Shown here: one piece after another, positions 59,613 through 64,000 of the stretch
Numbering within the stretch: position 1 is the stretch's first letter
How the letters are laid out: each line of letters begins with the position of its first letter
Virus record (IMG/VR): IMGVR_UViG_3300027659_000011
Coordinates: 32,001 to 96,000 of that record
Direction: 5' to 3' (one strand)
Length of the DNA: 64,000 bases
Source of the DNA: a virus
Position numbers and translations under genes: made by a program
The notes under the pieces: model-generated
Database searches by the model: none
What the model saw: the letters and a program-made list of their open reading frames with translations, nothing else
What the model was told of the DNA's origin: nothing

Positions 59613-59872
59613 AATATTTATTATTATCTTTATTACTACTTACAGGATGCACTACTGTACCAATTACAGCACGTTTTCCAGAAGCTCCGGGCTTACAGTC
59701 TCAAACAGCTTGCCCTAATTTAAAGAAATTAGAAGAAAATTCCAAGTTATCAGAACTAGCTAAGACTATTACTGTTAATTATACAGAGTATTATACTTGT
59801 GCAGTTAAACTTGACGCCTGGATAGAATGGTATGCTAAGCAAAAAATTATTTTTGAGGGAATTAGTAAATGA
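59609..59872 (+). CDS. Outer-membrane spanin lipoprotein (Rz1-like)
   Basis: Lipobox LLLTG-C, Pro-rich segment, NY..Y..C. Confidence 0.8.
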   Translation: MKYLLLSLLLLTGCTTVPITARFPEAPGLQSQTACPNLKKLEENSKLSELAKTITVNYTEYYTCAVKLDAWIEWYAKQKIIFEGISK

Positions 59873-60492
59873 ACTTAACATTAGTGCAATTAAAACAATT
59901 GTTACCTAAAAATCCTTATGTAGCTCAATGGCATAGTGCCTTAGAACAACTACTACCAGACTACGGAATTGATACTCCTCAACGTATTGCAGCATTTATT
60001 GCTCAGTGTGCTCACGAATCTGGCGGATTTATAGCACTTAAAGAAAATCTTAACTATAAAGCAGCTAGTCTTAGAAAGACATTTGCAAAATATTTTCCAG
60101 ATGAAGATACAGCACAACATTATGCCAATCTACCAAATAAACAACAAGCCATAGCTAATCGTGTATATGCTAATCGTATGGGCAATGGTGATGAAGCTTC
60201 AGGAGACGGTTATCGTTATTGCGGCCGTGGTCTAATACAGCTAACAGGTAAAGATAATTATACCTGGTTTGCAGCAAGTTTAAATATACCTGTAGAAGAA
60301 GCCTCAGAATACCTAGAAACTTTTGAAGGTGCTGCACAATCGGCATGCTGGTTTTGGGAAACTAATAATTTAAATCAATGGGCGGATAAAGACGATATCC
60401 TTACCCTAACTAAACGTATCAACGGTGGCACAATTGGCCTAGAAGATCGAAAAAAACATTATGAACATGCCAAGCATGTACTAGGAGCATAA
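59869..60492 (+). CDS. Endolysin, glycoside hydrolase family 19
   Basis: AAFIAQCAHESGGF, ENLNY, YANRMGNG, GRGLIQLTGKDNY, SACWFW, INGGTIGL.DR. Confidence 0.92.
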   Translation: MNLTLVQLKQLLPKNPYVAQWHSALEQLLPDYGIDTPQRIAAFIAQCAHESGGFIALKENLNYKAASLRKTFAKYFPDEDTAQHYANLPNKQQAIANRVYANRMGNGDEASGDGYRYCGRGLIQLTGKDNYTWFAASLNIPVEEASEYLETFEGAAQSACWFWETNNLNQWADKDDILTLTKRINGGTIGLEDRKKHYEHAKHVLGA

Positions 60493-60495
60493 GCG

Positions 60496-60639
60496 GTGCT
60501 ATCCGCAGTGCTAATTTCCTTAACATTATTAGCCCAAGCCAAACCTGAATACGAATGTGTTAGGTGGACATGGACTGGAGACGTATACAACAGAAAAGTA
60601 ATTTGTTTAGAATGGCGAAAAAAAGCCGATAGGAGGTAA
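60496..60639 (+). CDS. Small secreted protein (47 aa, not in ORF track)
   Basis: GTG start after GGAG; MLSAVLISLTLLAQA signal-like peptide then KPEYECVRWTWTGDVYNRKVICLEW (two Cys); fills the gap exactly. Confidence 0.6.
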   Translation: MLSAVLISLTLLAQAKPEYECVRWTWTGDVYNRKVICLEWRKKADRR

Positions 60640-60641
60640 GT

Positions 60642-61139
60642 ATGATAGATCCAATCACAGCATTAGCGGGTATTACATCAGCTATTAGCATGGTTAAAAA
60701 GGCAGCTAAGGTTGCTAACGATTTAGGGTCGTTGGCTCCTATGATCGGTAAAATGTTTGATGCTAAAAGCACTGCCACTAAAGCATTGATGGAAGCTAAA
60801 TCGTCAAAAAAAGGGTCAAACATGGGTACGGCTCTTCAAATTGAGATGGCACTAGAACAGGCCAGGGCATTTGAAGAAGAGCTTAAAATGTTGTTTATGC
60901 AGACAGGCAAGATTGACGTATGGAATAAAATTAAAGCTCGTCAAGCAGAAATGGATTCAGACGATGCTCAAGAAGTTAGACTTTTTAATGCACAAGAACG
61001 TAAACGCAAAGAAAAAGAAGCAGAGTTAAATGAGTGGGGAATGATTATAGGTGCAGTTGCATTTGTCGTATTCATATTTTTTATCGGCACTTATGAATTG
61101 ATAGAATGGTGCCAAACAAGTGCTAGGTGTGGCAGATGA
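60642..61139 (+). CDS. Membrane protein with coiled coil
   Basis: AGGAGG RBS; MIDPITALA N-terminus; C-terminal TM helix. Confidence 0.65.
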   Translation: MIDPITALAGITSAISMVKKAAKVANDLGSLAPMIGKMFDAKSTATKALMEAKSSKKGSNMGTALQIEMALEQARAFEEELKMLFMQTGKIDVWNKIKARQAEMDSDDAQEVRLFNAQERKRKEKEAELNEWGMIIGAVAFVVFIFFIGTYELIEWCQTSARCGR

Positions 61140-61288
61140 ATGAGTACCAAAAAACCTTCGATATATGCTTAAAAATATTTATTTACGGATGCGTAGCACT
61201 TTGGTTTTTAGGCTTCTTAAAATTCTTACCGGATGATTTATCAGATAGATTAGTCAATGGTTTGATAGGTAGATTTTTACCTGGTTAA
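61136..61288 (+). CDS. Small membrane protein (50 aa, not in ORF track)
   Basis: ATGA overlap; MNEYQKTFDICLKIFIYGCVALWFLGFLKFLPDDLSDRLVNGLIGRFLPG. Confidence 0.6.
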   Translation: MNEYQKTFDICLKIFIYGCVALWFLGFLKFLPDDLSDRLVNGLIGRFLPG

Positions 61289-61302
61289 TAAAAGGAAAAG
61301 TT

Positions 61303-61419
61303 ATGTTAGATATTTTACTATGGTTAGCAGTAGGTGCATTTATTGGATGGAATTTCCCTCAGCCATCATGGGCCAAAATAGTGCAAGAAAAAATACAAGC
61401 AATAATTGCTAAAAAATAA
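61303..61419 (+). CDS. Small membrane protein (38 aa, not in ORF track)
   Basis: AAGGA RBS; MLDILLWLAVGAFIGWNFPQPSWAKIVQEKIQAIIAKK. Confidence 0.6.
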   Translation: MLDILLWLAVGAFIGWNFPQPSWAKIVQEKIQAIIAKK

Positions 61420-61431
61420 ACAGGCAAGTAA

Positions 61432-61737
61432 ATGCACAATGATATAAAACTATTTAAGTGGGCAATAGCTCTATTATTAATACCTGTAGGTTTAGCATTT
61501 TTTGGTAAAGACAGCTTTCGCTACCCCTGCCACGACCCTGCAAACTGGGAAAAAGATTTTTGTAAAGTACCCGTATGTGACGTTACCCGAACTTGTCCAG
61601 AACATATTTTTAAAGGCCAACGTGATCCAAGATTAGGACCTCCCAAAGATGGACAAACTCAAACATTTAATCAATCAGTTGCACCAACAGGTGCTTGTGT
61701 GGTACAACAAAAACAAGGAGCTAACTGTGGAAAGTAA
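61432..61737 (+). CDS. Membrane-anchored Cys-containing protein
   Basis: TM helix then FRYPCHDPANW...C..P.C...RTCPE. Confidence 0.6.
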   Translation: MHNDIKLFKWAIALLLIPVGLAFFGKDSFRYPCHDPANWEKDFCKVPVCDVTRTCPEHIFKGQRDPRLGPPKDGQTQTFNQSVAPTGACVVQQKQGANCGK

Positions 61738-62182
61738 TCCAATTATATATACTGAAGATCAGCTCATGGCGCGCCTAAAATTCTTTATTGGCATCTGTCT
61801 TGCGCTTACGCTAACTGGCATTGTGTTTGTAGTGCTATACTCAATTATTTTTATTACCCAGCCATTAAACGCTATTAGTCCTATTGACCAAAAGTTTTTT
61901 GAAATGATTATTCCAATTGCTACTTTTCTAACAGGTACACTATCAGGAATTATGTTAGCGGGTGGTAGCAAAGAAGAAATGGACATGAAACGCGACATGA
62001 TTAAGCAAGCACAAGAAAATTCAAATACTTATGCTAAAGCTAATCCAGTAAAAATAGAGCCTACATTTAATCCAGGATTTTCTACTACTCAAGGTTTTAA
62101 TGGAACCAGTGCCCCTAGTACTAACATTATTTACATTAATGGTAAGCCTGCTCCTCAACAAGCACCGCATCCGGAGATTTAA
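61727..62182 (+). CDS. Two-TM membrane protein (holin-like candidate)
   Basis: GTG 61727 after AAGGAG; two hydrophobic helices; lysis-region context. Confidence 0.5.
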   Translation: MESNPIIYTEDQLMARLKFFIGICLALTLTGIVFVVLYSIIFITQPLNAISPIDQKFFEMIIPIATFLTGTLSGIMLAGGSKEEMDMKRDMIKQAQENSNTYAKANPVKIEPTFNPGFSTTQGFNGTSAPSTNIIYINGKPAPQQAPHPEI

Positions 62183-62401
62183 ATGGAACCTTTAAAAACT
62201 ATGTTATCTGACAGTAGAGCAATTAGTAGTAAACGAGTCATTACTTTTTTAGCATTTTTAATGTGTGCCACTGCTTTTATAGCTATGATACTTGGTCACA
62301 CAATAGATACAAAACTATTTGATTCTATGATGTATATTGTAATTGCAGGTTTAGGATTTACAGCAAGTGAAAGATTTGCTACAACTAAGGATGTCAAATA
62401 G
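62183..62401 (+). CDS. Small two-TM protein (holin candidate)
   Basis: SSKR followed by two TM helices and short charged C-terminus; 72 aa. Confidence 0.5.
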   Translation: MEPLKTMLSDSRAISSKRVITFLAFLMCATAFIAMILGHTIDTKLFDSMMYIVIAGLGFTASERFATTKDVK

Positions 62402-62589
62402 TGATTGATGCGTACGATTTACAACAAAAGATTATGGCACAATGGGGGCAGTTAGCTTTAATACCTAGCGCGGCCTCTATTAATAAAAAGTATAACGAAG
62501 TTCCAGTATATGTTATTTTAAATAATAATACTTATACAGTAATAGATGTTATTACCAGAGATGGAAAAATAATTTTGGAGATTATATGA
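62401..62589 (+). CDS. Hypothetical protein
   Basis: 62 aa; GTG start overlapping upstream stop. Confidence 0.45.
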   Translation: MIDAYDLQQKIMAQWGQLALIPSAASINKKYNEVPVYVILNNNTYTVIDVITRDGKIILEII

Positions 62590-62768
62590 AAAATATTATA
62601 TTTGTAGCAGGTTTATGTTTACTACTATCTAGTCCAGTATTAGCTGCAGAAACTAAAAAGGTTTGTGTGGAACAAAAAGACGCTAAAACTGGTAAAATTA
62701 AAGAAGTCTGTAAAGATGTTAAACAACATAAAAAATTAGAAGGTACTAAAGTTCCTGATAAAAAGTAA
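62586..62768 (+). CDS. Small secreted Lys-rich protein
   Basis: Signal peptide ending VLA-A; two Cys. Confidence 0.6.
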   Translation: MKNIIFVAGLCLLLSSPVLAAETKKVCVEQKDAKTGKIKEVCKDVKQHKKLEGTKVPDKK

Positions 62769-62781
62769 TCTAATTAAGTGT

Positions 62782-62805
62782 CCAACGCTTAGTTTGCGTT
62801 GGTTT
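62782..62805 (+). terminator. Hairpin between lysis block and phoH
   Basis: CCAACGC-7 nt-GCGTTGG followed by TTT. Confidence 0.4.
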
Positions 62806-62826
62806 ATTAACTAACCAGGTGTAAGT

Positions 62827-63516
62827 ATGGCAAGTTCATCAGGAAAAAGAGCTCGTAGAGCGCAAAGTTCTCAACCAAAAAATCCAATTGAGTTTGGGTT
62901 TAAAGATGTTAAACCTTTGAATTTTATTCAAGGAGAGTATTTAGAAGCTATCAAAAATAATGAAATTATTTTTGGTATAGGTTCAGCAGGTACAGGAAAA
63001 ACATTTGTAGCAGCTTCATACGCTGCAGGAGAGCTATTCCATAGAAGAATAGAAAAAATTATTTTAACAAGACCTAACGTAGAAACTGGTAGAGGATTAG
63101 GATTCTTACCAGGAGAACTAGAGGAAAAATATGCCCCTTACTTAGATCCTTTTGACCAAGTATTTAAACGCTCACTTGGCGCAGGATTTTATGAATACGC
63201 TCTAAAAACTAAAACTATAGATCCAAAACCTTTGGGTTTTATGCGAGGAGCTAGCTTTGAAAACTCAATTATATTAGTGGATGAAGTCCAAAATATGACT
63301 AAAACTGAGTTTAAGATGTTGCTTTCCAGAATAGGTAGAAACTGTAAAGTAATACTGTCTGGAGACCCCGATCAAACAGATATTCAAGACTCAGGTCTTA
63401 AAGATGCTGTTGACAGATTAGAAGGTTTGGAAAGTATAGAAGTAATTAGATTTCTAGATGAAGATATCGTTCGTAGTAAAATGTGTAAACAAATTATTAT
63501 AGCCTACAGAGAGTGA
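62827..63516 (+). CDS. phoH: PhoH-family ATPase
   Basis: GSAGTGKT Walker A, LTRP, LGFLPG, FMRGASF, DEVQN, GDPDQTD, DIVRS. Confidence 0.93.
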   Translation: MASSSGKRARRAQSSQPKNPIEFGFKDVKPLNFIQGEYLEAIKNNEIIFGIGSAGTGKTFVAASYAAGELFHRRIEKIILTRPNVETGRGLGFLPGELEEKYAPYLDPFDQVFKRSLGAGFYEYALKTKTIDPKPLGFMRGASFENSIILVDEVQNMTKTEFKMLLSRIGRNCKVILSGDPDQTDIQDSGLKDAVDRLEGLESIEVIRFLDEDIVRSKMCKQIIIAYRE

Positions 63517-63555
63517 AAAAAAAGCCCCTATACTTTACAGTATAGGGGCTTTTTT
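63516..63555. terminator. Bidirectional intrinsic terminator between convergent units
   Basis: A run-GCCCCTATACT-TTAC-AGTATAGGGGC-T run. Confidence 0.88.
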
Positions 63556-63737
63556 CATTCTGCTACTGGTTGAGCAGCAGGTTCAGCAGCGGTAATTTCA
63601 GCGAAATCTTTAATCATTTTGCTAATCAGTGGCTGAGATACTTTAAAAGGTAACTCGCTAAGAGAAGCAATAATCATATTTAATTCATCTTGAGTAAAGC
63701 TCATGCTGTACTGTTTTGGGGGTTCAATTTGTTCCAT
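63555..63737 (-). CDS. Hypothetical protein
   Basis: 60 aa; L.ELPFK.S..LI motif; ATG abuts the nrdJ stop. Confidence 0.6.
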   Translation of the reverse strand: MEQIEPPKQYSMSFTQDELNMIIASLSELPFKVSQPLISKMIKDFAEITAAEPAAQPVAE

Positions 63738-64000
63738 TTATTTTATAGGGCAAGCGCCAGTTGAGCAGTCATCAGATACAATTTCGTCAAAACTATTTGT
63801 ATCGTCTAAACTAACGGGTTGAAGAAACTTAATGTATTCGTTATAATCTTGTTCACTTACTACTTCTTGTGGAAGATATAAATATCCAAGATCTTTAGCT
63901 GTCATACTTGGATCAGTACGATAGATAAAGCTAACACCTACATAGCAATCCCAGTTATTTAGCAGCCACTGAATAATATCTTCTACTTCGTCTAAGGAGT
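63738..64000 (-). CDS. nrdJ: Class II (B12-dependent) ribonucleotide reductase, C-terminal fragment
   Basis: Manual translation: ...WDCYVGVSF...GYLYLPQEVV...DDCSTGACPIK*; terminal CxxGACPIK redox tail as in monomeric RTPR-type enzymes. Confidence 0.75.
   Translation of the reverse strand, partial: SLDEVEDIIQWLLNNWDCYVGVSFIYRTDPSMTAKDLGYLYLPQEVVSEQDYNEYIKFLQPVSLDDTNSFDEIVSDDCSTGACPIK

Noticed and set aside
1-64000. tRNA/rRNA genes, introns, inteins, homing endonucleases, alternative genetic code
   Set aside because: No cloverleaf, HNH/LAGLIDADG/GIY-YIG or intein motifs noticed by eye; ORFs tile densely under the standard code

Overview
AT-rich segment of a large lytic tailed-phage genome, almost all on the + strand. 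(1) 1-21733: T5-like (Demerecviridae-type) siphovirus tail module: tail completion, terminator, tail tube, two chaperone ORFs joined by a canonical -1 slippery site, a ~2550-aa tape measure and tail-tip proteins. (2) ~13.8-50.9 kb: an unusually large run of fibre/adhesin-like genes, including a 2706-aa repeat/collagen fibre, three more collagen-like proteins, LamG, tail-collar, Mtd-N-like, cupredoxin-like and Cys-rich proteins. (3) 50974-57526, tightly coupled behind the fibres: a GT9 heptosyltransferase-like gene, a NodU/CmcH carbamoyltransferase, an NDP-heptose-type pathway (nucleotidyltransferase, kinase, cupin, HAD phosphatase, HldD epimerase), heme oxygenase and a PcyX-type bilin reductase. 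(4) Spanins, GH19 endolysin, small membrane proteins, phoH and the 3' end of a convergent class II ribonucleotide reductase. Three terminator + sigma70 promoter cassettes punctuate the region. Spanins imply a Gram-negative host. The best candidate for an undescribed system is a phage-encoded heptose glycosylation/carbamoylation pathway (plus bilin synthesis) acting on its own Thr/Ser-rich collagen-like and Cys-rich virion appendages; this is inference from gene context. All product calls come from motif recognition by eye; no searches were run.
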